Shown: positions 37,480 to 49,544 of the stretch, one piece after another
Numbering within the stretch: the first letter of the stretch is position 1
Layout of the letters: each line of letters opens with the position of its first letter
Source of the DNA: an uncultured Candidatus Binatia bacterium
Lineage (GTDB): Bacteria > Desulfobacterota > Binatia > UBA9968 > JAJDTQ01
Assembly (NCBI GenBank): GCA_965218305.1
Contig: OZ244617.1
Coordinates: 2,270,061-2,334,060 of the forward strand
DNA length: 64,000 nt
Direction: 5' to 3'
The notes under the pieces: model-generated
The model's input: the letters and a program-made list of their open reading frames with translations, nothing else
The model's database searches: none
What the model was told of the DNA's origin: nothing
Translations under genes and position numbers: made by a program

Positions 37480-38478
37480 CTAGGGGGCCCCGTCCGAGGC
37501 CGCCGGCAGCTTGTAGCTGAATGTCAGACGAACCGTCAGCGGGCCTGCGCTGACCGGTACGGGGCCGAACGGAGCGGACTCCCGGACGTTGCGGAGGGCC
37601 TCCACATCCAGGACGATGAAGCCGGACGACTTGGACAGCCGGACGTCGTCGATTCCCCCGCTTTCCTGCACGGCAAAGACAAGATCGACGATTCCCTGCT
37701 GACCGGTTCGCTTGGCGTAGTCCGGATATCTCGAGTTGCCGCTGATCTTCCTCTTGAGAGTCTCGACGTAGGCCCACTGCCGTGGACTATCCGACGGCGC
37801 GCGTGGCTCGGTCCGGGCCACCTGGACGGATGCCGGCGGCGGCTCCTCGGGCGATTTCACCTGGACCGGTACCGACGGCCGTTCCTCCGGCGGGGTTGCC
37901 TGGACCGGTGTCGACGGCCGTTCCTCCGGCGCCGGCTGACCGCTGGATCGTACCCGCGACCGGATTCGCTCCACCGCCTGGTCGATGGGCGAAAGGCTGT
38001 CCCGGGTTTTTGCCGGAGGCGTCCCTTGGGCCGGGGGTTCCGCCGGTCCCCTCGGTTTCCTGACCAGCCGCGTCAGCGTATCGATGCGCCGCTGTACCAT
38101 GGCGACGCCCCCCTGATGTCCCAGACGCGTGTAGACTCCCAGCACCCGGTAGTAGGCTTTCAAGGCATCCAGCGGCCGGCCCCGGAGGAGCTCGACCTCA
38201 CCCTTGTTGTGAAGCGCCAACGCCAGCGGCAGCCTGCCTTCCAGTCGCTCCGCCAGCGCCACCGCATCGTCGAGATGACTCAGTGCCTCCAGGTAACGCG
38301 CCGCTCGCGCGCTGCCCCGAGCCTCCACGATCTTTGCGTATGCCTGCTTTTCCGGGTCGGCGGCGTGCAAGGCGTCATGGCCGGCACGCGCGCGGTCGGC
38401 CGTGACGCCGCCGGCGAGCGCCAGCATCAGTGTGAGGCGCATCACGAGTCGCCCCCGTAACGGATGGTGCTGGATCAT
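37480..38478 (-). CDS. TonB-family C-terminal domain protein with N-terminal TPR-like region
   Basis: YPDYAKRTGQQGIV.L.F...G.I..V.L.KSSG..LD.EAL..V...PF TonB_C motif; Pro-rich linker. Confidence 0.8.
   Translation of the reverse strand: MIQHHPLRGRLVMRLTLMLALAGGVTADRARAGHDALHAADPEKQAYAKIVEARGSARAARYLEALSHLDDAVALAERLEGRLPLALALHNKGEVELLRGRPLDALKAYYRVLGVYTRLGHQGGVAMVQRRIDTLTRLVRKPRGPAEPPAQGTPPAKTRDSLSPIDQAVERIRSRVRSSGQPAPEERPSTPVQATPPEERPSVPVQVKSPEEPPPASVQVARTEPRAPSDSPRQWAYVETLKRKISGNSRYPDYAKRTGQQGIVDLVFAVQESGGIDDVRLSKSSGFIVLDVEALRNVRESAPFGPVPVSAGPLTVRLTFSYKLPAASDGAP
37821..37931 (-). repeat. About three copies of a 39-bp (13-aa) coding tandem repeat
   Basis: CCTGGAC units at 37821, 37860 and 37899; peptide PEERPS(T/V)PVQ. 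Confidence 0.8.
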
Positions 38479-38520
38479 ACCGTCTGCTTCTCAAGCATGC
38501 GGTGCCGCTACGCGGCCCCG

Positions 38521-39339
38521 CTAATGCTCTCCTCTCCCCAACGCTTCCGAACGTTCCGCGGCCCGTACCACGGCGTCCATGACGGTCGCGCGAAAAGCGC
38601 CCTGCTCCAAGGCGAAAACGCCCGCGGCGGTGGTTCCGGCTGGGGAGGTCACGGCATCCCGCAGCTCCGCGAGATGTTCCTTGGCTTCCTGGGCCATCAC
38701 CGTGGAGCCGTAGACCGTTTGAAGCGCCAGCTTCAGGGCCACGTCGCGGCTGAGGCCCATCTGCACGCCGCCCGCGGCAAGAGCCTCGATGAAGAGAAAG
38801 ACATAGGCCGGCCCGCTCCCGCTCAGGGCCGTCACCGCGTCGAGATGGTGCTCCTCCACGGAAACCGCGAGTCCGACGCTCGAAAAGATCTTGCCGACCC
38901 TTTCGAGGTCCTCATCCCTGGCCCACACGCCGCCCGCATAAGCGGACGCCGCCTGGCCCACCAGACAGGGCGTGTTGGGCATCACCCGCACCACGCGGGT
39001 CCCGTCCGGCAGCAAGCCCTCGAAGCGGCTCAGCGGCACCCCGGCCGCGATGGAGACCAGGAGCCTGCCCTCCAGCGGCGCCCCGGCGAGCTCACGCAGA
39101 ACGTCGTCCATGACCTGGGGTTTTACCGCCAGGACCACGATGTCCGACGCTTCCACAAGCCCGATGTTGTCCTGCATGAAACGGACGCCGGTCTCGTCGA
39201 CGAGAGCCTTTCCCAACGCCTCGACGGGATCGCTCGCGGCCAACTGGCTCCGGTCCACCAGGCCCGCCCCCAGAATCCCCTTGATGATGGCGCTGCCCAT
39301 TTTCCCGGCGCCGATGAAGCCAATCTTGTCGTCGAGCAT
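38521..39339 (-). CDS. proC: Pyrroline-5-carboxylate reductase
   Basis: IGFIGAGKMG, LAVKPQ, SIAAG, RVMPNTP, SGSGPAY, VTSPAGTT. Confidence 0.97.
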   Translation of the reverse strand: MLDDKIGFIGAGKMGSAIIKGILGAGLVDRSQLAASDPVEALGKALVDETGVRFMQDNIGLVEASDIVVLAVKPQVMDDVLRELAGAPLEGRLLVSIAAGVPLSRFEGLLPDGTRVVRVMPNTPCLVGQAASAYAGGVWARDEDLERVGKIFSSVGLAVSVEEHHLDAVTALSGSGPAYVFLFIEALAAGGVQMGLSRDVALKLALQTVYGSTVMAQEAKEHLAELRDAVTSPAGTTAAGVFALEQGAFRATVMDAVVRAAERSEALGRGEH

Positions 39340-39454
39340 GCAAGCCTCCTTGCGGGCCATGCGCGGACCGTCGCCAACCAACGCCGTTCAAACGTCTTCG
39401 CAAAAGCGCCGGCCGCGTCTCCGGGCAAAGCGCACACCGGGCGGAGGGATCCGC

Positions 39455-39853
39455 CTAGACGGTCTTGAGTTGTACGGTACCTTGCGCCACGCCGCGGATA
39501 TAACCCTCAAAACCCTGGGGTGAGAAGGTCCACGTAAGCCATAATGGCTCATCCTGGCTGTTGACGAACCCGTGGTTGGTCTTGGGAGGTATGAACACGA
39601 CGGATCCAGGCGCGATGTCCGCGGTTTCGTCACCCACCGTGGCGGTGCCGCGGCCACCGAACACGAAGATGATCTCTTCGAAATCGTCGTGCGAATGCAG
39701 GGGGATCTCGCTGTGAGGATCGACTTCCTGCAGGCCCATGGAAAAGTGGTGTGTCTCCGTGGTCCTCGGCCCGACACACGGGTAAAGGGTGCGCGGCGCC
39801 TGGCCGTCTATTCGCACCACTTCCGCTTCATCCTTGGAAAAGAAATACTTCAT
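39455..39853 (-). CDS. Cupin domain protein
   Basis: PLHSHDDFEEI and FIPPKTNHG cupin motifs. Confidence 0.88.
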   Translation of the reverse strand: MKYFFSKDEAEVVRIDGQAPRTLYPCVGPRTTETHHFSMGLQEVDPHSEIPLHSHDDFEEIIFVFGGRGTATVGDETADIAPGSVVFIPPKTNHGFVNSQDEPLWLTWTFSPQGFEGYIRGVAQGTVQLKTV

Positions 39854-39967
39854 GGCATCCCCCTTGGGTTCCGATCAGCGTAGTGTCCCGGACCAACGGC
39901 TGGGGAAGATGCTTGTGGCCCGGGACCTCGTGTCCTGTCCCACAAGTACGTGCCAGGATGCGGATTA

Positions 39968-40393
39968 CTAGTAGCTTTCCTCTTCCGTGTCCGTCGTCGT
40001 GAGCCGGCGAAATGTTCGATCTTCCTCGAAGTTCTTCGTCATGCGGGTCTCTTTCTCCAGCTCCTCCTGGCAACGCACGCACAAACGCGTGAACGGCATT
40101 ACCTTGAGCCGGCCGACGCCGATCTCCTCCCCGCATTCGTCGCAGATACCATACGAACCCTCGCCGAGCCGAAGCAGCGCGTCTTCGATGGCCATGAGCT
40201 TCGCTCGTTCGCGATCGTTCAGTATCATATTGATTTCACGATCCCGCTCGTCGCTGGCCAGGTCGTAAGTGTCGCGTCCTTCATCCTTGGGACTTTCCAC
40301 CTCATGCTTGAGCCGGTCCGGAATGTCCTCCAATAGCTGGCCCTTCATCCCTAGCAGGGTCTCCCGAAATCTCTTCAGAACATCTTTCCTCAT
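39968..40393 (-). CDS. dksA: DksA/TraR C4 zinc-finger RNA polymerase regulator
   Basis: DTYDLA (DxxDxA), YGICDECGEEI...RL...P..LCVRC. Confidence 0.9.
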   Translation of the reverse strand: MRKDVLKRFRETLLGMKGQLLEDIPDRLKHEVESPKDEGRDTYDLASDERDREINMILNDRERAKLMAIEDALLRLGEGSYGICDECGEEIGVGRLKVMPFTRLCVRCQEELEKETRMTKNFEEDRTFRRLTTTDTEEESY

Positions 40394-40497
40394 CGTTGTT
40401 TCTCCTGGAAGGGAATCAATTCACCACTATTTGAAGACGGAGTCAACCACGGACGCCGGAGCAAGCCCCTTCGGGCCATCCCGACTGAAGGACGGCA

Positions 40498-41169
40498 CTA
40501 AGACCCAAACTCAACGATATCAGCACCTTGTGGTGTCTTCAACTTGAACAACGACGGATCCAGCCCCACCCCGTGGGTGACATTGTCGAAGCGGAAGGTC
40601 CAACGGTTGCCCGCCGCATCCTCGATCAACACCTGTCTGATATCATGGCTGTCCGGGTCGACGGAGAGATGGATCTCACCGACACCGGTATTGACCTTTC
40701 TGGGGGTGAGCTTCAGCAGGTGAGCCTCGGCGGTAGAATCCATCAACTCGGCACGGAAATCGCGCTCCAGATCGCCGATGCCCAACAGGAAGGAAAGTGG
40801 AAGGTCGGAACGAAACACCAATCCGAGGGCCGTCTTGATGACCTGCCGTTCGGCCGGTTGATAGAAGTAGAGGTGGCGCCCGTCGGACAAAACGAACTGC
40901 CCGGCCGGTTCCTCGTAGCGCCACAACATCCTCGCCGGTTTGCTGAAGTAGACGCGGCCCGTGCCTTCGATGCGCCGGTTGAGGGTGCGGTACTCGGTGG
41001 TCTGCCGGAAGTCCGCCCGGTAGTCGCGCGCGGCATCGTAGCGCCGCTGCACTTCCCGGACGATGTCCCCGGCGTCTTGAGCGCCGGAATCCTGTATCGG
41101 CAGCAGGAGAATCGCCGCGCAAACGCCCGCAGCCACCCGCCCGAGCTTGCCTGAAACGCCGCGGCTCAT
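40498..41169 (-). CDS. lolA: Outer-membrane lipoprotein carrier
   Basis: ADFRQ, G..YFSKP..M.W.Y..P..Q..SDG; directly downstream of ftsK. Confidence 0.9.
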   Translation of the reverse strand: MSRGVSGKLGRVAAGVCAAILLLPIQDSGAQDAGDIVREVQRRYDAARDYRADFRQTTEYRTLNRRIEGTGRVYFSKPARMLWRYEEPAGQFVLSDGRHLYFYQPAERQVIKTALGLVFRSDLPLSFLLGIGDLERDFRAELMDSTAEAHLLKLTPRKVNTGVGEIHLSVDPDSHDIRQVLIEDAAGNRWTFRFDNVTHGVGLDPSLFKLKTPQGADIVEFGS

Positions 41170-41227
41170 GGCAGGGCGTCCCACACCGCCACGGCGGCCT
41201 CTGATGCCGTCGTCTTCATGGACCGCC

Positions 41228-43498
<2,271 letters not shown>

Positions 43499-43508
43499 GG
43501 GCGCCCGC

Positions 43509-45164
43509 CTACATCTCCATGATATACGGCACGATCACCGGCCTGCGGTGAAGCCTCTTCTCGAAGAACTTCCGCAGCGACCGCCGTATGCCTTCCTTGA
43601 GCTCGGCCGCGTCCGTGCGCATTTCGATGCCGCAACCGTCGACGTACGCCCGCAATGACTCCCGGGCGGTGCCGAGCACGTCGTCCTCTTCCTCCGAACG
43701 CATCAGCCCGCGGGCCATCAGATCCGGGCCCGCGGCAACCTCACCGGTTCGCTGGTGAACCGCCATCGCTACCACCACCAGCCCGTCCTCGCTCAGATGC
43801 CGGCGATCCCGTATGACGATATCCTCCACATCGCCGATGCCCTTGCCGTCGACGAAGACCTTGCCGGTGGCAACCGGTTCCACGCGCCATGCGTCCTGTT
43901 CCGTGAGCTCGATCACGTCGCCGTTCTCCATGAGAAAGCAGTTGTCGGCGGGGATGCCCACCGCGCACGCCAACTCGATATGCTTGCAGAGCTGACGGAA
44001 CTCGCCGTGCAGGGGTACGAAATAGCGCGGACGGGTGAGCTGAATCATGGTCTTCAACTCTTCCTGGCTGGCATGCCCCGACACGTGGATCTCCGGCGTG
44101 CGCTCGTAGCGGACATGGGCGCCCCGCCGGTAGAGGTGGTTGATGAGGTTGCTGATGGTCTTTTCGTTTCCGGGGATGAATCTCGCCGACAGCACGACCA
44201 CGTCGCCGGGCTGTATCCTGATGGACCGGTGCTCGTTGAAGGCCACGCGGTGGAGCACGGAAAGAGGCTCTCCCTGGCTTCCGGTGGTGAGGAAACAAAG
44301 CCGGTCGGCGCTGACGTCCTGCCAATCCTGGTTGTCCGTCATGACGTCAGGCGGCAATTGGAGGTAGCCAAGGTCGGAGGCGATAGCCGTGTTGTTGATG
44401 ATGCTCCGTCCGCTGAGGACCAGCTTGCGCCCGAAGTCGGCCGCCAGCTCCGCCACCTGCTGGATGCGCGGGATATGGGAGGCGAACGTCGCCACGAAGA
44501 TCCGTCCGGGACTCGCGCTGAAGATGCCCTGGAGGCCCTGTCCGACGGTACGCTCGGAAGGCGTGCTACCCGCGTGCTCGACGTTCGTGGAGTCCGACAG
44601 CAACAGCAGGACGCCCTTGTCGCCGTACGCCGCGAAGCGGTGAAAGTCGAAGCTCTCGCCGGCCATGGGCGTGTTGTCGATCTTGAAGTCGCCCGTGTGG
44701 ATGACGACGCCGATGGGCGTCTCGATGGCCAGGGCGATACAGTTGACCAGGCTGTGGGTGACGGGAATACCCTCGATCGTGAAGGGGCCCACGGAAAACC
44801 GCTCTCCCGGGATGATTTCCACGAGCTCGGTGGACTGTTCGAGCCTGTGCTCCCGCAACTTGTGGCGCAGGAACCCCAGGGTCAGGCGCGTGCCGTACAC
44901 CGGAACCTGGAAACGCTGCAGGATGTAGGGCAAGGCCCCGATGTGGTCCTCGTGGGCATGGGTCAGGATGATGGCCTGGGGCGTCTTCCCCTGTTCCTCC
45001 AGATAGCTGACATCCGGGATGACCAGGTCGATGCCCAGGAGCTCGGGGCTGGGGAACATGACGCCGCAGTCCACCGCGATCACGGAGTCACCCCACTCCA
45101 ACGCCAGCATGTTGGAGCCGAACTCTCCCAACCCTCCCAGGGGAACGATCCTCAAGGATTCCAT
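43509..45164 (-). CDS. rnj: Ribonuclease J
   Basis: PLGGLGEFGSN, THAHEDHIG, HTGDFK, TGSQGEP, HVSGHA, HGE. Confidence 0.97.
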   Translation of the reverse strand: MESLRIVPLGGLGEFGSNMLALEWGDSVIAVDCGVMFPSPELLGIDLVIPDVSYLEEQGKTPQAIILTHAHEDHIGALPYILQRFQVPVYGTRLTLGFLRHKLREHRLEQSTELVEIIPGERFSVGPFTIEGIPVTHSLVNCIALAIETPIGVVIHTGDFKIDNTPMAGESFDFHRFAAYGDKGVLLLLSDSTNVEHAGSTPSERTVGQGLQGIFSASPGRIFVATFASHIPRIQQVAELAADFGRKLVLSGRSIINNTAIASDLGYLQLPPDVMTDNQDWQDVSADRLCFLTTGSQGEPLSVLHRVAFNEHRSIRIQPGDVVVLSARFIPGNEKTISNLINHLYRRGAHVRYERTPEIHVSGHASQEELKTMIQLTRPRYFVPLHGEFRQLCKHIELACAVGIPADNCFLMENGDVIELTEQDAWRVEPVATGKVFVDGKGIGDVEDIVIRDRRHLSEDGLVVVAMAVHQRTGEVAAGPDLMARGLMRSEEEDDVLGTARESLRAYVDGCGIEMRTDAAELKEGIRRSLRKFFEKRLHRRPVIVPYIMEM

Positions 45165-45935
45165 CTAGGCCTCGCGTCCCGACACCGGCGGGAGCCCTTC
45201 CGCCTGCCAATCCCCGCGGCTTTGGCCGGGGGTGGTATGCGGCCGTGCCAGGCGTGAGTCGATGGCCTCGCGTACCCGGTGCATCTGCTGACGGCAACGG
45301 TCATCGGCGTCGTCCGGGAAAATCGCTTCGCCGACTATGATTTCCACTTCCCCGGGCTTGAGACGCCAGTCTCCCCGCCTCATCAGCGCGCCCGATCCGT
45401 TGAGGGTAACGGGCACGATGGGAACCGCCGCCTTCTCGGCCAGGCGAAATCCTCCGCGTTTGAACGGCAGCAGTCGTCCGTCCGTGCTGCGCGTCCCCTC
45501 CGGGAACACCACCACGGAGATCCCCTGAGCCAGCTTTTCGCACGCGCTGGCCATGGCGGCCGCCACATCCTTCGACCGGGCGCGTTTGACGATGATGTGC
45601 TTGGAAGCCCACAGGGCCCACCCGAAGAACGGGACACGAAGGAGCTCCCGCTTCGCCATCCAGCGCAACTGGAGCGGGGCCAGCGCCTGCACCAGCACCG
45701 GTATGTCGATGTTGCTCTGGTGATTGGCCATGAAGATGTAGGCCCGGGAGGGGTCCAGATGCCCGGTCCGGCGGATCCTCAACCGCACGCCGCCGGTCTT
45801 GAGAACGCACCACGACCAGAAGCGGAACAGCGGATAGACACGCTTGCCACGAGGGTCCACGAGCCCGAGTGCGATGATGGGAATGCTTTGAAGAATGCTT
45901 CCAAGGACGATCAGAACAAGCTTTAGCGTGTACAT
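45165..45935 (-). CDS. plsC: 1-acyl-sn-glycerol-3-phosphate acyltransferase
   Basis: NHQSNID (HxxxxD), FPEGTRS, PFKRG. Confidence 0.92.
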   Translation of the reverse strand: MYTLKLVLIVLGSILQSIPIIALGLVDPRGKRVYPLFRFWSWCVLKTGGVRLRIRRTGHLDPSRAYIFMANHQSNIDIPVLVQALAPLQLRWMAKRELLRVPFFGWALWASKHIIVKRARSKDVAAAMASACEKLAQGISVVVFPEGTRSTDGRLLPFKRGGFRLAEKAAVPIVPVTLNGSGALMRRGDWRLKPGEVEIIVGEAIFPDDADDRCRQQMHRVREAIDSRLARPHTTPGQSRGDWQAEGLPPVSGREA

Positions 45936-46083
45936 GCGGTTGAAGGAGCCGGTCGGCACCCTGGAGCTCAGGGTTGCTTCATTCTAGGGGAAATGCGCGC
46001 GGAATGCAATTTTGGCGGGCCGGCAGACGCGGCGAACGAGCACGAATGGCCTGGTGTCACCCGCGAATTAGCCGGACAGGACA

Positions 46084-47091
46084 CTAAAGCTTGATCTTCT
46101 CCGAGTAGAGCCCCTTGACGAAGCCGCCCTTCTGCAACCGCTTCAGGGCATCCAGCTCCATGAGACGGTGCGGCATGAGCTGCCTCGCGCGCGAGTCCGT
46201 GACGGAGACCGCATCGATCAGCGCCTGCACCCCTTCGGCTCCAGGCAACGGCAGCGGCTCCAGGCTGTGGGCCAGCGATCCGTAGGCGCTCGAAAGGGTC
46301 GTTCCCTCGGCCAGGGTCACGTATTTCTTCATGATCCGCATGCTGTCGGCGCGTTCGATCAGGAAATGTTGCACGCCGTTCAGATAGGCCATCAGGAAAC
46401 GCCGCAGCACGTTGGGCTTCCGTTGAGCGAAGGACCGCGTGGTGACCAGCAGGTCCGTGACGAGATGCACCTTGCCGACGTCGAGCACCTTGATGCCCGC
46501 CCGCCGTGCCTCCGCCGCCACCTGGGGCACCAGGGGCGCCCCCTGGACGATGTTGCGATAGATGGCGGCCGCCCGCTGGGGTGAGTAACCGATGGGCACC
46601 ATCTCCACGTCTTCCACCGGATCCAGCCCTGCCCGTCTCAGCAACACCCGCGCGATCAGGTCCGACTTTCTGCCGAGGCCCGACACCCCCACCTTCTTGC
46701 CCTTGAGCTGCGCCAGGTGATCGACGTACGAAGCCACCCCGAAACGGTAGCGCTCCACGCTCCCGTGGCCGCCGAAAAACACCAGGTCCGCGCCGTTGCT
46801 CACGGCCTCCAAGGCAGGCAGCATATCCCGGGAAGCCACCAGGATGTCCACGCCCAGGAGGGATTGCACGCCGCCGCCGGCGGCGCCCTCGATGTAGACG
46901 ACCTCGGCGTCGACACCGTACTTGGCAAACAGGTCCGTATCGCCGGCGATCCAGGTAATGACGGTTCCTACCCCAAAGCCGGCCAAGGCTACCCGAAGCC
47001 GCGCCTTGTCTTCGGATCCGGAAGCGGCAGAGACAACCAGCAATGCCGCGACCACCGCCGCTGCAAGCGAACTCAGGAATCTGACGAACAT
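46084..47091 (-). CDS. ABC transporter substrate-binding protein (SsuA/NMT1-like, orphan)
   Basis: Signal peptide, LFAKYGVD, LKGKKVGVS, RAGLDP..DV. Confidence 0.85.
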   Translation of the reverse strand: MFVRFLSSLAAAVVAALLVVSAASGSEDKARLRVALAGFGVGTVITWIAGDTDLFAKYGVDAEVVYIEGAAGGGVQSLLGVDILVASRDMLPALEAVSNGADLVFFGGHGSVERYRFGVASYVDHLAQLKGKKVGVSGLGRKSDLIARVLLRRAGLDPVEDVEMVPIGYSPQRAAAIYRNIVQGAPLVPQVAAEARRAGIKVLDVGKVHLVTDLLVTTRSFAQRKPNVLRRFLMAYLNGVQHFLIERADSMRIMKKYVTLAEGTTLSSAYGSLAHSLEPLPLPGAEGVQALIDAVSVTDSRARQLMPHRLMELDALKRLQKGGFVKGLYSEKIKL

Positions 47092-47229
47092 GATCCCCTC
47101 CCCGCGCCATGGACATGAGTGGGAAACACGGTCAACGCGCACCCTCAATCCTATAGCCAGGTTTCACCCGGGTCAATAACGCTGGTGGAAAAACCGGCAG
47201 ATTGGCACACGTCTTCGTGGGACACGACA

Positions 47230-48180
47230 CTAGGACCCTGACACCAGCGAGGCGAGCAGGTCGATGAACAGGGGATGGTCGTTCACCGCGGGCACCCGGT
47301 AGAACTGCATTCCCAGCGCCCGGGCCCGTTGGCGGGCCTCGACGTCGAGGTCGTAGAGCACCTCGACGTGATCGCAAACGAAGCCGATGGGCACCACGAT
47401 GACCGCCCCCTCCCCTTCCCTTGCGAAACTGTCGATGCGTTCACCCACGTCCGGCTCGAGCCACGGGTCGTCGGGGTTGCCGCTGCGGCTCTGGTAGGCC
47501 AGCGCCCATTGGGACCGTCCCAACCTCTCCGCCACCCTTTGCGACGCGTCCCGAAACTGGGCGGCGTACGGTGAGTCGTCGGCCATGGAACGAGGGATGC
47601 TGTGGGCGGTGAACACAAGAGGGGCATCCCGAAAAGCCGCCGGGATGCCGTCGATGGTCGCGGCTACACGGTCGGCCACGGCCTGGAGGAACAACGGATG
47701 GTGCGACCAGCCCCTCGCGTACTCCACCACCGGCGCGCCGGCTGCCGTGCGGGCAGCCTCCACGCTACTGATGTAGCGGCCCCAGGAAGCCTCGGTCTGG
47801 AACGTGGAGAGAATGATCCCCGACACACGCTGACAGCCGTCCGCGCGGAGCTCCGTCAGAGTCTCCTCCAGAAACGGGCGCCAGTTGCGCATGCCCACGT
47901 AGACCGGGACGGCGACGCCGGCCCGCGCGAGCCTCTGCCGCAAAGCCTCCGCCTGCCTGCGGGTGATCTCGTTCAGCGGCGAACGGCCGCCAATGAGCTC
48001 ATAGTGGTGCGCCACCTCTTCAAGACGCGACGGCGGTATACGCCGCCCCGCGGTGACGCCCTCGAGAAACGGCCGGATTTCGTCAGGGTTCTCGGGGCCG
48101 CCGAATGCAATCAGCAAAACCGCATCGAACCGCTGCTTCGTGCCCTGCCGCTTCCCCTCGGATGATGGAAGTTGAACCAT
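47230..48180 (-). CDS. hemH: Ferrochelatase
   Basis: LIAFGGP, YELIGGRSPL, FTAHSIP, YQSRSG...WLEPD, GFVCDHVEVLYDLD. Confidence 0.95.
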   Translation of the reverse strand: MVQLPSSEGKRQGTKQRFDAVLLIAFGGPENPDEIRPFLEGVTAGRRIPPSRLEEVAHHYELIGGRSPLNEITRRQAEALRQRLARAGVAVPVYVGMRNWRPFLEETLTELRADGCQRVSGIILSTFQTEASWGRYISSVEAARTAAGAPVVEYARGWSHHPLFLQAVADRVAATIDGIPAAFRDAPLVFTAHSIPRSMADDSPYAAQFRDASQRVAERLGRSQWALAYQSRSGNPDDPWLEPDVGERIDSFAREGEGAVIVVPIGFVCDHVEVLYDLDVEARQRARALGMQFYRVPAVNDHPLFIDLLASLVSGS

Positions 48181-48200
48181 GGAACTGATAGATTAAACAG

Positions 48201-49118
48201 GTGGTTACCACCCACATCCCGTTTCGTCGACCTTCCCCAGGACACCCAACGGTGTCCCTGATCCAGGGGCACTGTCACCAGCTCGTTGTGCTGTTGCTGG
48301 CTCTGCTCCTCATGGGGGGCAGCAGCCACGCGTTCGCCGCCGCCGGCCCACCGGGCCCGAACGAGAACAGAACCGCCCGGCAAAAGGACCGTGAGTTGGT
48401 CGATGCCGTGGCACGGGCTGCCGCCCTCTACGGACAGTTCAGATCCTCGGAAGCCTTGGTCGAGCTCAAGAAGGCGCTGGCACTGGCGCCCGACGACCCG
48501 GAGGTTCTCGTCTGGACCGCGCGGACCTACATCGACGTGGGCGACATGATCCCCGAGACCGTCTCCGAATGGCCGGAGAAACGCCAGGAGCAGTATCGCA
48601 CCGCCGAGCGTTACGCGCGCGCGGCGGTCAAGGCCGATCCCGGGTCCACGTGGCCTCATTTCTTCCTGGCCGTGGCATTGGGAAAGGCCGCCGAGTTTTC
48701 CAGCATCAAGCAACAGATAGCCATGGCCGGTGAGATCCGCGAGGCGACGGACAGGGCCATCTCCCTCGATCCGGACAACGGGTTCGCCTATCACGTTCTG
48801 GGAGTGTGGCACCGGCGCATGGCCGAGATCAACCAGGCGGAGCGGCTGCTGGCGCGGTTGTTCCTTCAGGGGTCCGTGCCGCCCGGGCGCATGAACGACT
48901 CCGTCCGCTACCTGAAGAAGGCCATCGAACACAACCCCGACATCATCAACCATCATCTGGAGCTGGCGAGGACCTACCAGGCCCTCGACAAGCCGGAACT
49001 GGCCCGCCAACACCTGAAGACGGTGGCCGAGCTACCGATCAGGTTCTCCGACGACGCGATACACAAGCGGGCGGCTGAGAAGTTGCTGCAGGAGATCAAC
49101 CGGAACGGCAGCGGCTGA
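48201..49118 (+). CDS. Exported TPR-repeat protein
   Basis: Hydrophobic signal; repeated KALALAPDD / AISLDPDN / KAIEHNPD helical units; start codon uncertain. Confidence 0.8.
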   Translation: MVTTHIPFRRPSPGHPTVSLIQGHCHQLVVLLLALLLMGGSSHAFAAAGPPGPNENRTARQKDRELVDAVARAAALYGQFRSSEALVELKKALALAPDDPEVLVWTARTYIDVGDMIPETVSEWPEKRQEQYRTAERYARAAVKADPGSTWPHFFLAVALGKAAEFSSIKQQIAMAGEIREATDRAISLDPDNGFAYHVLGVWHRRMAEINQAERLLARLFLQGSVPPGRMNDSVRYLKKAIEHNPDIINHHLELARTYQALDKPELARQHLKTVAELPIRFSDDAIHKRAAEKLLQEINRNGSG

Positions 49119-49141
49119 GAGACGCCCACCGCGCGGCAGGG

Positions 49142-49453
49142 CTACCACTCGATACGAACACACACCTCGTCCCCTCTTTCCTCCACGGGCAGCACCGTCA
49201 GCGGGTCGCCACCTCTGGGCAGCACGCATTCTCCGGTGTCGAGATCAAAGCAATAGCCGTGGTTGTCGCAACGGACCTTCCCCGCCACGATGGGACCGTT
49301 CATGAGATCCGCGCTCTCGTGCGGGCAATAGCGGGAGAACACGAAGTAGTCGTTGTCCACCCGCGTCAGCACGACGGCCCGCCCGCTCAACTCGACGGCC
49401 TTCCTTTGCCCGGGCTCCAGCTCACCGGTGCGCGCCACCGGAATATATGTCAC
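49142..49453 (-). CDS. Rieske [2Fe-2S] ferredoxin
   Basis: CPH...CDNHG.CFD..TG; GGAGG RBS before GTG. Confidence 0.9.
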   Translation of the reverse strand: MTYIPVARTGELEPGQRKAVELSGRAVVLTRVDNDYFVFSRYCPHESADLMNGPIVAGKVRCDNHGYCFDLDTGECVLPRGGDPLTVLPVEERGDEVCVRIEW

Positions 49454-49496
49454 TCCCACACGGCCTCCTGAAACGACACGGTTCTCGACAAAGCAA

Positions 49497-49521
49497 GGGC
49501 GGGCTTGAAACCCGCCCCTGC
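49497..49521 (-). repeat. Degenerate REP, family B
   Basis: GGGCGGGCTTGAAACCCGCCCCTGC. Confidence 0.7.
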
Positions 49522-49544
49522 AACTTGCCATGTATGGACCGCTG

